Positions 39,716 to 55,860 of a stretch of DNA of 64,000 nucleotides are shown here, piece by piece. The DNA is taken from assembly GCA_964016885.1 (NCBI GenBank), contig OZ024744.1:51212001-51276000 (forward strand), in the 5' to 3' direction. How positions within the stretch are numbered: position 1 is the first letter of the stretch; each line of letters starts with the position of its first letter. Origin of the DNA: Eledone cirrhosa (taxonomy: Eukaryota). The position numbers and the translations under genes were made by a program. Below the pieces are notes generated by a model, which was not told where the DNA came from, did not search any database, and saw only the letters and a list, made by a program, of their open reading frames with translations.

Positions 39716-40081
39716 TGTCAAGAATTTCTTATATAGAAGTTACATTTAAATATTTCGGGTATTTTCTCTCCTCATTACAGGATAACTACAACTAAGATCC
39801 TATAATATCTTGGCTATAGCAATATTCCCCTGTACTTTAAAGAATGTATAAAGGAAATAAATAACTTATTTTTTCAGACAAATAGATAAATGTGTTTACA
39901 CTTCATTATTTTCAATCGATAGCTTCTATAAGGAAAAAAATTAAATTTACAGTAAATCTTGTAATATACTGTGTTTTCTGGCATAACAATAGTATGTATG
40001 TATATATGTATGTGTGTGTGTATGTGTGTATGTATTTATGTATGTATGTGTTTTGGTATGTATGTATTTCTGTATGTATGT

Positions 40082-40420
40082 TATTCTGATTTTATAATTT
40101 CACAAAGTTTTACCAATAGAGAGAGAGTCAATTTCTAACATAGACACAAGACTCTCTCATTGGAATTTACACAATATCAACTAGGTAGATATGTATATAT
40201 GTCTGCATGTGTAGATATGGATGTTATTGTATGTGTGGATGTGGATGTTTTGAGTTGTATGTGTGCATGTGTATATGTTTTGTATCTGTACATGTGTATA
40301 TGCAGTTATTAGATGCAAATTTTTTGGAATGTTTTATATATTTTTACTGTTCCATTAATGGATTGTACTTGTAATTTCCTAACTAGTTGTGTTCTTTCTG
40401 TTCTCAAGATTTGTATTGAT
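40082..40420 (-). mobile_element. R4/Dong-type LINE extreme 3' end
   Basis: LVRKLQVQSINGTVKIYKTF + 3' UTR shared with 22566-22785; (TATG)n flanks. Confidence 0.75.
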
Positions 40421-40537
40421 ATGTATGTATGCATGTATGTATGTATGTATGTATGTATGTATGTATGTGTATGTGTATGTGTGTGTATGCATTTCTGTAT
40501 GTATGTAGGTATGTATGTATTTATGTATGTATGTATT

Positions 40538-40862
40538 TAAACCGGCAACCCCACCAAGCTGGCTTGGTGGGGAGGGTGATATTTGGACCCCCTACAGGAT
40601 GAAATACAAGACCCGGCAAAGGGTGGATGAACTCAGTAGAGTCAACGGCCATCCAAATAGTACTTTTTTTTTCCCCACCTGGGAGTGAAAGGCCCCCAGT
40701 TGTTGTCAACACTTTTCTAGGAGAGGGAAACTCTGAAAAAAAAACAAAACCTGCGACTTCGGAAGCATGCGATGATGTTGACCAGTTCTCCTTTTCAGGT
40801 AGTATTTTTGAGGCCCAGAGAGTGGGATTGGTCTAGTGCAAGGCCTTTCCCCACTTTAAAAA
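40538..40862 (+). mobile_element. Family B 5' fragment
   Basis: Homologous to 23231-23552. Confidence 0.8.
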
Positions 40863-41010
40863 AAAATATATATATATATACATATATATATACATATATA
40901 AATACATATATATATATATATAAACTACGTAGTCGAGGAATCTAGGAGCAGTTTAGGTATGATACATTTTATTACTAATTATATCTAAATGTTCCTTCTC
41001 TCTTCATAAT

Positions 41011-41074
<64 letters not shown>

Positions 41075-41085
41075 GTATATATATG

Positions 41086-41116
<31 letters not shown>

Positions 41117-41117
41117 G

Positions 41118-41148
<31 letters not shown>

Positions 41149-41149
41149 G

Positions 41150-41244
41150 AGCAAGACAACCAATCTTGCCTCAAGTGGAAAAACTCCCGTCCAAACCATG
41201 CAAACGTGGAAGATGGACGTTAAACGATGATGGTGATGATGATG
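41150..41244 (+). mobile_element. RTE-type 3' tail (LINE or SINE)
   Basis: cccgtccaaaccatgcaaacgtggaagatggacgttaaac(gat)n stem-loop and tail. Confidence 0.65.
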
Positions 41245-41290
41245 ATATATATATATATACAGAATATATATATATTTATATGTGAGCGAT

Positions 41291-41347
<57 letters not shown>

Positions 41348-41357
41348 CATATATATG

Positions 41358-41488
<131 letters not shown>

Positions 41489-41865
41489 TTATATTTATAT
41501 ATGAGCGATTGTGTATATATATGTATATATTATCAAATAACAGGAGGGGCCTGAAAATCAGAGGCAAGAGGACCACCAACTATTTAGCAGCTTCTATCTC
41601 GGTCGGCCGCCCTCGATATATATATATATAATATATATATAATATATATATATTACACACATACGGTTAACCATCCATATTTACGCGTGAATATCTTGTT
41701 TCTATATACATTGTTTTATACAATCACACATTAGATATTATACATTTCACATAATATCATGTATATACAAATAGATATATCTCCGCATTTATGTAATCGC
41801 CAATTAAATTTGAAATACAAAATTATATACCCTCTTTTGTGTGTCTCTCTGTATATATATATGTT

Positions 41866-41980
<115 letters not shown>

Positions 41981-42259
41981 AATGGAGATAATGAAACGAA
42001 ATTTCATTTCCCACTATTAGTAAGGCTGGTACTGAAATATAAGTACATATATATAGGTGTGCATGTATGTATATGTATACATACTACTGTACGTCTGTAT
42101 ACATATATGTATGTACGTATACATACCTATATATATATATGTTTATATATATATATATATATATGTTTATATATATATATATATGTTTATATATATATAT
42201 ATTTATATATGTTTATATATATATATATGTCTATATATATATATATATAGTATATATAT

Positions 42260-42422
<163 letters not shown>

Positions 42423-42637
42423 ATGTGTGAATATATATGTATACACATGTGTTTTTGTATATGTACATATATATGCATACGTATAAATATACATACATAC
42501 ATATAAATATATATTTTATATATATATATATATATGTACATACATGCACACACATATATATATATATATGTGTGTGTGTGTATGTCTATATATATACATA
42601 TATATATAGAGAGAGAAAGAGTGAGAGAGGGAGAGAC

Positions 42638-42711
<74 letters not shown>

Positions 42712-42915
42712 AAGAGGCATGTATGTAAATGTTAGTGTGTGCGAATACAGACACAACCTGAACACCATTACTGCGTATATATTCATATACGCATGTATGT
42801 TGTTGTTGCATTCTTGTAACACGAGTACAGTAGTGAACGGTAGTGAAATAACATGAGAGTGAGATAGGGAAAGATAGAGAGAGCGAGTGTGAGAGAGAAG
42901 GTGAGAGATAGACGG

Positions 42916-42954
<39 letters not shown>

Positions 42955-43082
42955 TAGAGAGAGTGAGAGGCGGAAATAGTGACATATACGTACCTGGAGT
43001 GAAATATATACACAGACGTATGCCTTTATATCTATACACACACACACATATATATATTTACATATACATATATATGTATATG

Positions 43083-43186
<104 letters not shown>

Positions 43187-43590
43187 CATATATATATGTG
43201 TGCGTATATATATATATATATATTTACATATATATATGTATATATATATATAAATATATATATATATTATATGTATAAATATATGGATATATATATATAT
43301 ATATATATAAACAGATATAAGTATAAATACATTATATATATATAATACATATATATACACACACACATAAATATATATATATATATAATATATATATATA
43401 CACATATATATATATATACATATATACACATGAATATATATATATGTATATATATTTATACATACATATTCGTACAAATATATATGCATACATCCATATA
43501 TTTATATAGATATAAAAATGTTTATATCTATATTAATATACACAATCATATATGCATATATATACATATAAATATATGTATATATATGAC

Positions 43591-43646
<56 letters not shown>

Positions 43647-43667
43647 CATATATATATATATATATAC

Positions 43668-43749
<82 letters not shown>

Positions 43750-43817
43750 AATACATATATACCTACATACATATTACACACACACATACACATACATACA
43801 TATATGTATATACATGT

Positions 43818-43914
<97 letters not shown>

Positions 43915-44207
43915 TATATATATGTGTGTATGTGTGTTTGCCATACGGGTTATTCACCACGGCCCACGTGTGTAACAAAACATCCTCAATGTGTAAGATG
44001 TCGGCGATGGTTTAAATGATTGTTATTGGAGCTGTAACAATGGCGTCGCTTGTACTGATGGCCGACTGCACGACCAATAAATGATAGCTTCTCGCTGCTT
44101 GTAAGACTTCTAGTTGGCCTAGTAAGTAATGCTAGCCTCTCATGTTTGCATTGCTAGCTGATAAACGTTTATATATGAGTACATACGTATGTATGTATGT
44201 ATGTATG

Positions 44208-44229
<22 letters not shown>

Positions 44230-44241
<12 letters not shown>

Positions 44242-44570
44242 TGTATATATGTATGAATGTATGTACGTATCTATCTATATATATATATAGATAGGTATGT
44301 ATGTAGTTAGGTAGGTACGTAGGTATATAATTGTGTATATGTGCGTATACTTGTTTATGAAGATTACCATATAAGCGTACATATGTATATATATATATAT
44401 ACGTATACATATGTACGCTTATATGGTAATCTTCATAAACAAGTATACGCACATATACACAATTATATACCTACGTACCTACCTAACTACATACATACCT
44501 ATCTATATATATATATATACATACATACGTACATACATTCATACATATATACATACATACTTACATACAT
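44230..44570. repeat. Near-perfect long palindrome
   Basis: The same peptide ([12 protein letters not shown]...) is read on both strands; centre near 44396. Confidence 0.92.
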
Positions 44571-44592
44571 ATCTATCTATCAATCTCTCTCT

Positions 44593-44696
<104 letters not shown>

Positions 44697-44839
44697 CATA
44701 TATATATTAATTCTGGCAATATTACACAAATATGACCCTCCCCAAGTATAACAATATATATATATATAAATATATATACTTTCATATATATATAGATACG
44801 TGCGTTTATGAAGATAACCGTATATTCATACATATGTAT

Positions 44840-44889
<50 letters not shown>

Positions 44890-44894
44890 GTATA

Positions 44895-44925
<31 letters not shown>

Positions 44926-44990
44926 GTATGCATATATACACGTATATATATACATATATACATAAATATATTAGGTCTATATGTAGTATA

Positions 44991-45047
<57 letters not shown>

Positions 45048-45244
45048 ACACACACACACACACACTAACCCCCCCCCCCCCATATATATATGTAAATATA
45101 TTCATCTCTATATAAGTATACTTATGTGTGTATGTATGCAAATATTTTCTGTGTATGTGGTTTGAACAGTTGGTGGAATAGTGGTGAGATGAAGAGTGGA
45201 TTATTTGTGGAGTGAGTTTAAAATGTGTTTGCGTGTATAAGTAT

Positions 45245-45385
45245 TAGCTTTACCCTTCATACTTACGGGGGCCGATGAAATAAAGTACCAGTAATGAATT
45301 GGGGTCGATTTAATCGACCCTCCCTCCCAAAATTAACTGGCCTCGTGCCTAAAGTAGAAATCTTTATTATTATTATTATTATTAT
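45245..45385 (+). mobile_element. SINE 3' half
   Basis: Core, long-tail variant, (ATT)n. Confidence 0.75.
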
Positions 45386-45432
45386 TTTTCTCAATGTTTC
45401 TCTCCCTACAAGCATTTATATTGTATTTTACA

Positions 45433-45513
<81 letters not shown>

Positions 45514-45726
45514 GTGAACAACACAATATATAACCACTCCAAATGTTTCAGGACCCTAAACAAGATTGATATACGTCTAGATCGTTCATCAGACAGACTC
45601 TGTCTGATGAAGTCTGAAGTTATATATCATCTGAAGTTATATTTTGTGTTGTTCACTTTATAATTAAATAGCTCTGTTCTATACATAGAGCACTCTTTTT
45701 TCCTTTGCCTTTTCTTCGGAATTACC

Positions 45727-45844
<118 letters not shown>

Positions 45845-45849
45845 TAATA

Positions 45850-46005
45850 ATAATAAATTTGAAGACTAAAATCCAAAGAGGGCTCGATAAGGATAAATAT
45901 ATATCAAATATATAAGAACCGTAGAGCAAATATTTATTAAAATAACAGATTAAAGTTTAAGCAAAGAATCGCTGCTTTCACCCTTAACGGGATCTTCTGA
46001 AACTA
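45850..46005 (-). mobile_element. PLE-type terminal remnant (family also at 38150-38230 and 56108-56550)
   Basis: Near-identical to 56108-56248; hammerhead-like CAGAAGA-t CCC gttaa GGG t-GAAA. Confidence 0.55.
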
Positions 46006-46429
46006 AAAAAGTCAATCTGTGAACGCAGAAGTAAATATTTCAAAAAACGTTGCAACCGGAGGAAGACAGGAAGACGATACTTTGGTTCGTGGAAACGTTC
46101 CCCGGCAAAGAACGAAAAAAAACGAAGATAATACGTCATTATTTGGAGCAGTGAAAACAATTACGCGCAAAGACAAAACCACGTTTATGGTATAAAAGAA
46201 GTCGTAGATTAATATTCTATTAGGTGGTTCATAGAGACGTTCTCTGGCAATGAACAAAAACGTGGAAAAAACGATAATAATATGTGGAGCGGTGAGAACA
46301 ATTATGCGCAAAGACAAAACCACGTAAATGGTATAAATGATATATCTTGTTGTAGCAGTAATTCCGTTCCCTTTTCTTATACCTTTCTTTCTTTCATTCT
46401 CTCTTTTACCTATCAACCTACCTATCAAT

Positions 46430-46507
<78 letters not shown>

Positions 46508-47067
46508 ATCTATATATCTATCTATCTATATATCTATCTATCAACCTACCTATCTATCTATCTATCTACTTTCCTACCATGACCATCACCAAACAACAGC
46601 GGCCCACCCAACCACAACCACCACCACCACGACCACCACCACCAGCGCCACCACGACCACCACCAGCGCCGCCACCACCACCACCACCACCACCACCACC
46701 ACCACCACCAGAACAGCAACACCAACAACAACATTGCCATAACTTAATATTCACATTAGATTTAGTTGTGAGGCCATCTTGAATAGCATTGATCACAGTA
46801 CACTTGGAATGTCAACTGTATGTGTATATGTATGTTTGTGTGTGTGTGTGTGTATGGGATTAGTGGTGTGTGTGTGCGTGTGTGTGTGGGTAGTATGTGT
46901 GGAATGCGTATTTGTGCGTGTGTGTGTGTGTTATATATATATATGTGTGTGTGCTCGAATGTGCTTCTTTTTATGAGTATATCTGAATATATAACTGCAA
47001 TATTCATACACACACACACACATATATACATACATACACACACACAAACACAAGAACACACACACAT

Positions 47068-47114
<47 letters not shown>

Positions 47115-47129
47115 TATATATATATGTAA

Positions 47130-47170
<41 letters not shown>

Positions 47171-47231
47171 GATATATATATATAAATTATATATATATAT
47201 ATACACACATATATATATGTAAATACACACG

Positions 47232-47283
<52 letters not shown>

Positions 47284-47459
47284 ATAGAATATATTGTGGT
47301 TGAAGTGAGCAAGGGGTCGATTCCATGGATACGTGTTCACTTGACACAACATAGAAGGTTAATAAAGAAGGAATGTTCGCTGTAAAGTGGATATCAATGT
47401 TTCTGAAGCCTCGTTCACACACAGACATAGTCACTGTACAAACACATATATATATATCA

Positions 47460-47499
<40 letters not shown>

Positions 47500-47501
47500 C
47501 A

Positions 47502-47562
<61 letters not shown>

Positions 47563-47804
47563 TACATATATACATATACTGACATAGCCACTATATACAC
47601 ATATTTATACACGTACACACACTGACTTAGCCTCTTTGCACATATTTATACATACACATAAATACATATATAAATACATACTTATCAACTTACTACTGTT
47701 TTCCTTTTTCCTTTTCATACTCACGGATTTTGCTACACAAACACACATATATACACACACATGCACATATGCTTACACACATATATATATATATTTATTT
47801 ATTT

Positions 47805-47985
47805 AATATAGAAATGGCTTCTACAGGACTAGAACTGTTTCATTTGGGAGAAATCATCAGGAAGACCTGATGATTTCTTCCGAATGAATCAGTTCTAGTC
47901 CTGTAGAAGCCATTTCTATATTAAATATTTATACTCTGCTATGTATTGAGTACCTTACTTACTGTGGTTACCCCCGATTGAACCC

Positions 47986-47990
<5 letters not shown>
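47805..47990. mobile_element. Fold-back PLE-type remnant (family also at 26910-27000 and 34020-34215)
   Basis: Palindrome centred near 47873 between two opposed CTGATGA motifs. Confidence 0.7.
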
Positions 47991-48033
<43 letters not shown>

Positions 48034-48137
48034 TAAATTAGCGAGAATCGTATTTCAGCTCAGGAATTAACGAAAATCAACGTCCGATATGTGGGTGGGA
48101 GAAGAGTGAGCATCTCTCTTCAATGTTTACATATAGT

Positions 48138-48209
<72 letters not shown>

Positions 48210-48294
48210 AAAAGGTTAACAGAAATATAAAAAAAAAACGGCACAATTCGTGGAAGAAATATATTAGTTTAACACTTGAAATAACAGGAAGAGA

Positions 48295-48332
48295 GACTTA
48301 ACGTTTCGGACACTAGTCCTTCATCAGAAGAC
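48295..48332 (-). ncRNA. Minimal type I hammerhead
   Basis: gtCTT-CTGATGA-a GGAC tagt GTCC-GAAACGTT-AAGtc. Confidence 0.7.
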
Positions 48333-48729
48333 AGAGTTAGAAATAGAAGATAAATAGAAAAGAGAGTGATGAGAGGAAGAAACAGAGAAAATGAGAAAAA
48401 ACATTGGGGAGGAAAAAACAAACTTCTATATTCAGTCTGGCATTTTGGAGAGTAGGTGGTCGAATGGAATCTTCCGTGTTAGAGAGGTTTAGGAAGGGAG
48501 GTAATCGATGTATGGGTGGACATACATGCATATATACATACATATATATATATTTATGTTATTTTATTATATATATATATATATCAGGTTGCTTTTTCAT
48601 ATATGAGCGAAGTTTGGTCGGTTGATGCAGTCACGTGAATAAGCATATCAGCTTTCGCGCCAGTTTGTGTTTGAATTTCTTTTTACTTAAAATAAAGTGG
48701 CTCACGAAGGCTTTTTTTAAATAAATCTA

Positions 48730-49210
48730 ATTTGATTGATTATAAATGGAATTAATACTGTCACGTGAACAAGTACATTAAATTTCGCGCCCGTATTTTG
48801 GAATTTTTTGTAGCTATTTAGAGAATTTTGTGCCAAACAAAAGATAATTGTTTCTACTTTTGGTACAAGGCCAGCAATTACCCAGTACATTACTGGTACT
48901 TTATTTTATCGACCCCGTAAGGATGAAAGGCAAAGTTAACCTCGGCGAGATTTGAACTTAGAATGGCAAGGGCCGTAACTCTTTGCGTCAAGGCATGGCG
49001 TCCGATACTGCCAATCCACAATGGTCAAGAGAAAGGGATGGAGAGCATTGTTCTGAGTATGACTGATGAGCTGTAATTTGTAATTTGATTGGTTATAAAT
49101 GAAATTATGACTGTCACGTGAACAAGTACATTAAATTTCGGGCCCGTATTTGGGAATTTCTTTTGTAGCCTTTTAGAGAATGTTGTGCCAACAAAAGTTA
49201 ATGGTCAAGA
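48730..49210. repeat. Two-copy direct repeat (ctgtcacgtgaacaagtacattaaatttcg unit) interrupted by a SINE
   Basis: 48730-48846 matches 49083-49200. Confidence 0.8.
48845..49019 (-). mobile_element. SINE
   Basis: Near-full copy. Confidence 0.85.
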
Positions 49211-49712
49211 AAATTGTAGTAGGAGAATAAACAACAAAATTCCTGAAAAAATATTTATTCGTTTACAATTTAATCCTTCTATTGGTAACTAGTATGCCAC
49301 GTGTTTCATGTTTTTTATAGTCCCCTCCATCAGTGACACGTATTTTTGAAATTTGTATTCATATTCTTTTTGAGTTCTGAAAATGAGGCCCGATCATAGC
49401 TCGATTTGATTATCACCTGGACCCATCGTTCTAAAAATTGATAGGTTTTGTTTTTATGGATCGAATGTCCTTTGAAACAATTGTAAACCAATAAATATTT
49501 TTTAAAGAATTGTGTTGTCTATTCTCCCACTATAATTTTTATATTTAAGCTCTACCTATATACTTTTTGCATGGCTTATATTTCTCTTGTTTGCTTTCAC
49601 TGAACGGTTGTCTTGCATTTTATACGTATTGAGCACACTGTACTCTCCACTACTGGTTTATAATTCTCACAATTAATCACTACTCTCTCCTTCTTGATTG
49701 GTTTATACACTT

Positions 49713-50168
<456 letters not shown>

Positions 50169-50325
50169 GATAACAAGTTATCGTTATAGGTAATCCAGTT
50201 AGAGTACTCCGCGTCGTGGATAGTTTTAACGTACGGCTTTGTTTGACTCAACAAGATGTTTCCATAGTGATGCAGCGAGTTCGCGGTAATTTCTATGCAG
50301 GTTATACTTGGCGTAATAACATTTA

Positions 50326-50594
50326 AAGAAAGAAGAGTAACATGGTTGGCTGTACAATAAGGGCTTTATTTAAAGTACTGACAATTGTTTCGTTGATCAG
50401 GTGTGTCTAGAGTTCGCTAATCGCTCGAGGTTGCGTCAATCGATGTGTTGACCAGTGGTAAACAATGTATTGGAGATCGATTGACGCAACCTCAAGCGAT
50501 TAGCGAACTCTAGACACACCTGATCAACGAAACAATTGTCAGTACTTTAAATAAAGCCCTTATTGTACAGCCAACCATGTTACTCTTCTTTCTT
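50326..50594. repeat. 119-bp inverted repeat with 31-bp spacer carrying a hammerhead 3' half
   Basis: Arms 50326-50444 / 50476-50594; GAA-ACAATTGT-C motif. Confidence 0.9.
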
Positions 50595-50671
50595 ATATAT
50601 ATATATATACTAGAACTAGCTGGAACTAACTGTTGAAATGGCAAGAGTTCAGCCGTCGGGGCCCCGACTCT

Positions 50672-50799
<128 letters not shown>

Positions 50800-50846
50800 C
50801 GCGTGTGTGTGTGTGTGACGTTTGCTTTGTTATTTCTATTTACTTT

Positions 50847-50889
<43 letters not shown>

Positions 50890-51576
50890 ATATATATATA
50901 CACATACACATAAAGAAATGCACTACCCGAAGTGTATGATAAAGTTACACTGTATAAATAAATACAGAGTATTTAATCGAGACTGCACCAGCGTGTATAA
51001 ATATACACACATATCTAATATGTAGGCATGTAAATATGCCAGGTATTTCCACCACATCAACTTCCACGTTTAATTTCCACCACTCCCTCTCCTAGGTGTA
51101 ATTGCTATCACATTCACTCCCATTTTTAATTTCCACCTCAGCATCACCCACTTTTAATTTCTACCCCACCCACTCCCAGATTAATGTCTAGCTTTCCAAT
51201 GTTTAATTTTAATTTTTTTGCCTTGGTTCCTAAGACTCCAGCTGTTTTAGTGAACGCCTGCATTCATTTATTCTTTTTCTTTTTTAGTGGTTTCATTCTA
51301 CCTTTAAAATCATTTTGAAAATAGCCAATATGCAAAGATTTCGTTAAATATCTAACTTTATTATCCACAAGAGCGTTTTCCGAGCACAACTTGTAAAGGT
51401 TCTTACATAAAATTATGATGGAAAGTTTAAATTTAAATATAAACACATGGCGGTTTGATATCAAAAAGATTAAAGGTATTTAGTCGATCATATAAACCCC
51501 ACTGGCCTACGTGCGTATATTGTTGTTACTGTTGTTATTATTATTGTTATTTTTATTATTGTTCTTATTATTATAA

Positions 51577-51985
51577 GGGCGGTGGATTGGCAGAATCGGT
51601 AGATGGTCGGACGCCATGCTTTGCAGAATAGAGTTACGGCCCTTTACGGTCTGATTTCAAATCCCGCCGTGGTTAATGCACTGGGGTCTATTTAATCGAT
51701 TCCCCCTCCCCTAAAATTGCTGGTCTTGTGCCTATAATAGCAATTATTATTATTATCATTGAGGGCGGTGGATTGGCAGAATCGGTAGAACGTTAAACAC
51801 CCTGCTTCGTGACATAGAGTTACAGCCCTTTACGTTCTGATTTCAAACCACACCAAGGTTAGCTTTGCCTTTCATCCTTACAGGGTCGATAAAATAAAGT
51901 ACCAGTAATATACTGGAGTCTATTTAATCGACTTTCCCCTCCCCCAAATTGCTGGTCTTCTGCCTATAGTAGAAATCATTGTTAT
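51577..51985 (+). mobile_element. Two tandem SINEs
   Basis: Heads gggcggtggattggcagaatcggtaga at 51577 and 51763; the first lacks the core. Confidence 0.85.
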
Positions 51986-52059
51986 GATCGTTTTCTTGGA
52001 TTTACAATCAGTCTGATTGGTTTGTATCTTCTGGCTGGTTTCGTGATTAAAAAAACTGT

Positions 52060-52281
52060 TTAATCCTTTAGCATTTACATTATTCTGTATTTACTATTGT
52101 ATTTTTGTGGTAAATCTTACATAATTACCTCACACAATATCGAATCTACAAGATTTAGATGTTATTTATTTTGAAAACAATACCTTAACATCAGTATGAG
52201 TGGCTAGTTACATCTGGATTGAACAGAAAGAGGTTAGAGAATTTTGGCCGGATATGGCCAGGTTAAATGCTAACGGGTTAA
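52060..52281. mobile_element. piggyBac-like MITE
   Basis: TTAA-TCCTTTAGCATTTA ... TAAATGCTAACGGG-TTAA terminal inverted repeats with TTAA target duplication. Confidence 0.75.
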
Positions 52282-52299
52282 ATGTCTACAAAGTGTCTC

Positions 52300-52540
52300 A
52301 AGCAAGGAGGTTCGTCAGGCCGGTGTTTTGTGGTCGTGAAGCAACTGAAAGTAATATACTCCACCTGCCTCCTGTACAAAATGTCAGGCCTTGGCAGGTT
52401 TAAAGCCCCAGCTAATTCTGGTAATCATGTTCAGCTGAGTATATTGGAGCAATGTGAAATGAAATGTTTTGCTTAAGAACACAACACACAATCCAGCCGA
52501 GGAATCCAACATCCTAACCATCAGGCCACACGCCTTCAGT
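52300..52540 (-). mobile_element. Second tRNA-derived SINE family (CORE-like), diverged
   Basis: cagctgagt..tggagcaatgtgaaatgaa..ttgcttaagaacacaac..ctaaccatcaggccac; related piece at 53835-53870. Confidence 0.6.
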
Positions 52541-52728
52541 GTATTAATATGTTGTCATGTTTCTACCTCTCTTCTCGTGTGAAATATTTGAAGAAAGAGC
52601 CGAGATTTAAGCCATTCATTTCCTTTCACCTCGGAAAAAATCCTTTTATTCCACCTTCGTGTTTTTTTTTCTTTTTCTCTCAATGAAATTTGCTAACATC
52701 TTTTTGTAAAATAAATATAGCAACGTCT

Positions 52729-52731
<3 letters not shown>

Positions 52732-52789
<58 letters not shown>

Positions 52790-52894
52790 GTAATAGTAGT
52801 AGTAATAGTAGTAGTAGTAGTAGTAGTAACAGTAGTAGTAGTAGTAGTAGTAGTAGCAGTAGTAGTAGTAGTAGTAGTAGGTAGTAGTAGTAGC

Positions 52895-52958
<64 letters not shown>

Positions 52959-53006
52959 CTAGTAGTAGTAGTAGAAGTAGGTAGTAGTAGAAATAGTAGT
53001 AGTAGC

Positions 53007-53045
<39 letters not shown>

Positions 53046-53092
53046 TGTAGAAGTAGGTAGTAGTAGTAGCAGTAGTAGTAGTAGTAGTAGTA
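52732..53092. repeat. (TAG)n microsatellite
   Basis: Direct reading. Confidence 0.97.
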
Positions 53093-54188
53093 TGAGGAGG
53101 AGGCTCTGATATTGCAGTAGCACCTTTTCTATAAAAGAGAGTGTAAGATATTCCACCCTCCTGACACCAAATAAATTTGTTTGTAGATTTAGGACAATTG
53201 AACCAATGTGGACATTAGTTACATCTTCATAAACACATTTTTGACAATTACAGAAAAATAATAACGTGGACAATAAATGATATTGTCAACCAGTAACCTT
53301 ATTGACATTATCGTTAACATAAATAACAACAATAACAATAATTGTTTTACTTTTGGCGCAAGGCCAGCAATTATTCCAGTGCATTACTGGTACTTTATTT
53401 TATAGCTGTGTTGTTAGCTGTGTTGTTTACTCGAACCCTACATCTCGGGACTGCATGTAGGTGGTTCAAGACATGAGAAGAAGTCAAAGTCGGTAGATAT
53501 TTATGTTCCAACGGATATAGGACAATCAGATTTCTTCACGGTACCTAAATACCTTTCTGACTTGCAATATTTAGCTTCGTACTACGACACTTTGAGCCCA
53601 GATCCTACCGAGGTCAACTTTGCCTTTCATTTATCTTGTGACAATAAAATGAAATACTTGTCAAGATTTGACGTCGATATAATCGATTAGTCATATTCCG
53701 CAAATTTGAAACTTTATATGCATGTGTGACAGCTCAAACATATGCAGGTGTAGCTGGCCTCCTCCAAGGTTTATCTCGTTGGAGGTGTCTTGGATAATTT
53801 AATGATAGGGGCCCCCAGTCCTATTATCTCATCTCTACAGCTGAGTAAACTGGAGCAACGTGAAATAAAGGACATTGATGCAAAATGCAAAGGACATTGA
53901 TTCGAGTTTTTTCCACCCCCAGCCAAAACATCATTCAATGTTTTTCAAAAAGCACTTAAATGAAAACGTGTGAATGGCGAAGAAATTGATACTCAATTGA
54001 TACTCAATTTCCTAAATGTCCCAAGAATGGATGAGAGTAGTGTTCGTGGGCATGGCTTGTATATGTGCTTGTAGGTCGTGTAGCGAATGTGTGAGAAGTC
54101 ACAGAGGTCACACACTTTTGGTAATAGAATAGTTGTGACGTTTGTGTGGCATTTCCTTAATTCGTACAAATGGCAATCCTGTTTTTGT

Positions 54189-54224
<36 letters not shown>

Positions 54225-54547
54225 CATACAGCTGTGCGTAATGCATAAGTAAAACCTTTGGTATATATTTATGTGTGTGTATATATATATATATGTATAT
54301 ATACATATATATATCCATATATATGATGAAATATATGGATAATAGAAATAGCAATGTAGTTGCTATTTAAGGTAACTTAAAATGCAGTGGGAATACGAAG
54401 AAAGCAAGAACAGGAGGCGGGGGAGTTTTCCTCATCAGTTGTCTACTGGGGTCTAGGATATTTATATATATATATATGTATACAAACACACACACACACA
54501 TATATATACATGTACATACACATACAATTTTCTTTCTCATTCTCGAA

Positions 54548-54548
<1 letters not shown>

Positions 54549-54578
<30 letters not shown>

Positions 54579-54653
54579 CTTCTTCTTCTTCTTCTTCTTC
54601 TTCTTCTTCTTCTTCTTCTTCTTCTTCTTCTTCTTCTTCTTCTTCTTCTTCTT

Positions 54654-54683
<30 letters not shown>
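54549..54683. repeat. (CTT)n microsatellite
   Basis: Direct reading. Confidence 0.97.
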
Positions 54684-54684
<1 letters not shown>

Positions 54685-54689
54685 GGAGA

Positions 54690-55345
54690 AGTAACAGCTC
54701 TACCTTGAGTGACTCTCTGTGATCTCCGAACTACAGACTCTATAGTGTAAGGTTACTCCAAAGACCCTTTGAAGGAACCCCATTTCGGCCACTTGTATTT
54801 GCATTCGTATTCTTTCGGTCATTACCCAAGATTCCTGACCAGAGGTAAAGGTTACCACGAATACCAATTAAAGAAAGCGAGTTTGACATTTACACCTACC
54901 TCCCTTCTTCTGGTTACTGAGTTCTGAAGCTGGCACATCACTGTATCAGTTCCTGCAGTTCTTTCACTTTATTTAACCTTCTTCGACACGGTCCCAAGAT
55001 ACTTGAACTACTCTGCTTCAGTGAAACACTATTCACATGTAGAGTGCACTGCACAGGCTTCCATGAGATGACAAGTGTCTCAGTCTTTGCAGCACTGGTT
55101 TTCATTTCAGCCATGCAGCACTTGGCACCAAACCCATCAAGTGCATGTCAAAGATCACCTTCTGTTGAATTAAGTAACACCATGTCATCTGCAAATATCA
55201 GCTGGCTGATCCTTCATCCGCTAGATAAACGACTTCAATCATATCAATCTTGTCGATAAAGATTATGGACAGAAGAGGTGACAGTACGGACCCTTGGTGA
55301 AGTCTGACACACACATTGAATGATTTCAACTTAATTTGAACACAA
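54690..55345 (-). mobile_element. Decayed RTE-clade reverse transcriptase fragment
   Basis: LHQGSVLSPLL, LIFADDMV, FKYLG, ESWVMTERIRMQIQVAEMGFLQRV. Confidence 0.85.
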
Positions 55346-55824
55346 ATATAATATTGGGGTTCGTATAGGGACTTCAAGGTAACAAGAAACTATTTTCTGA
55401 CTACTACAAATCGTAGTTTTTAAAATATGTCTCCCCGTTGACAAAAGAACAGCTGAGGTAATTAACACTTCTGAAGATCTTTGTTCACAATGAAATTCAT
55501 ATCATATTTCTAACGAGTAAATTTTAACCACTTAACGCATGAAAGTGTGGCGTGTGGTGTGTGTGTGTGTGTGTGGTGGTGGTGGTGGTGGTGGTGGTGT
55601 GTGTGTGGGGGGGGGGACAGTCAGAGATTGCTTACTTTTATATATATAGATATATATTATTAGTACAGATTAAAAGTTTAAGCATAAATTAATGCTTTTA
55701 TCATTACTGTATATATTATTGTTACTATATATATGTGTGTGTATTTATATATATATATAAGTACGTATATATATATAAGTATGTATACTAAGAGTGAGAA
55801 ATGAAATTTCGTTTCATTTTTTCC

Positions 55825-55859
<35 letters not shown>

Positions 55860-55860
<1 letters not shown>

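Noticed and set aside
53993-54178. Possible minus-strand exon (DCHLYELRKC...)
   Set aside because: Weak acceptor, no convincing donor, no recognisable protein motif.
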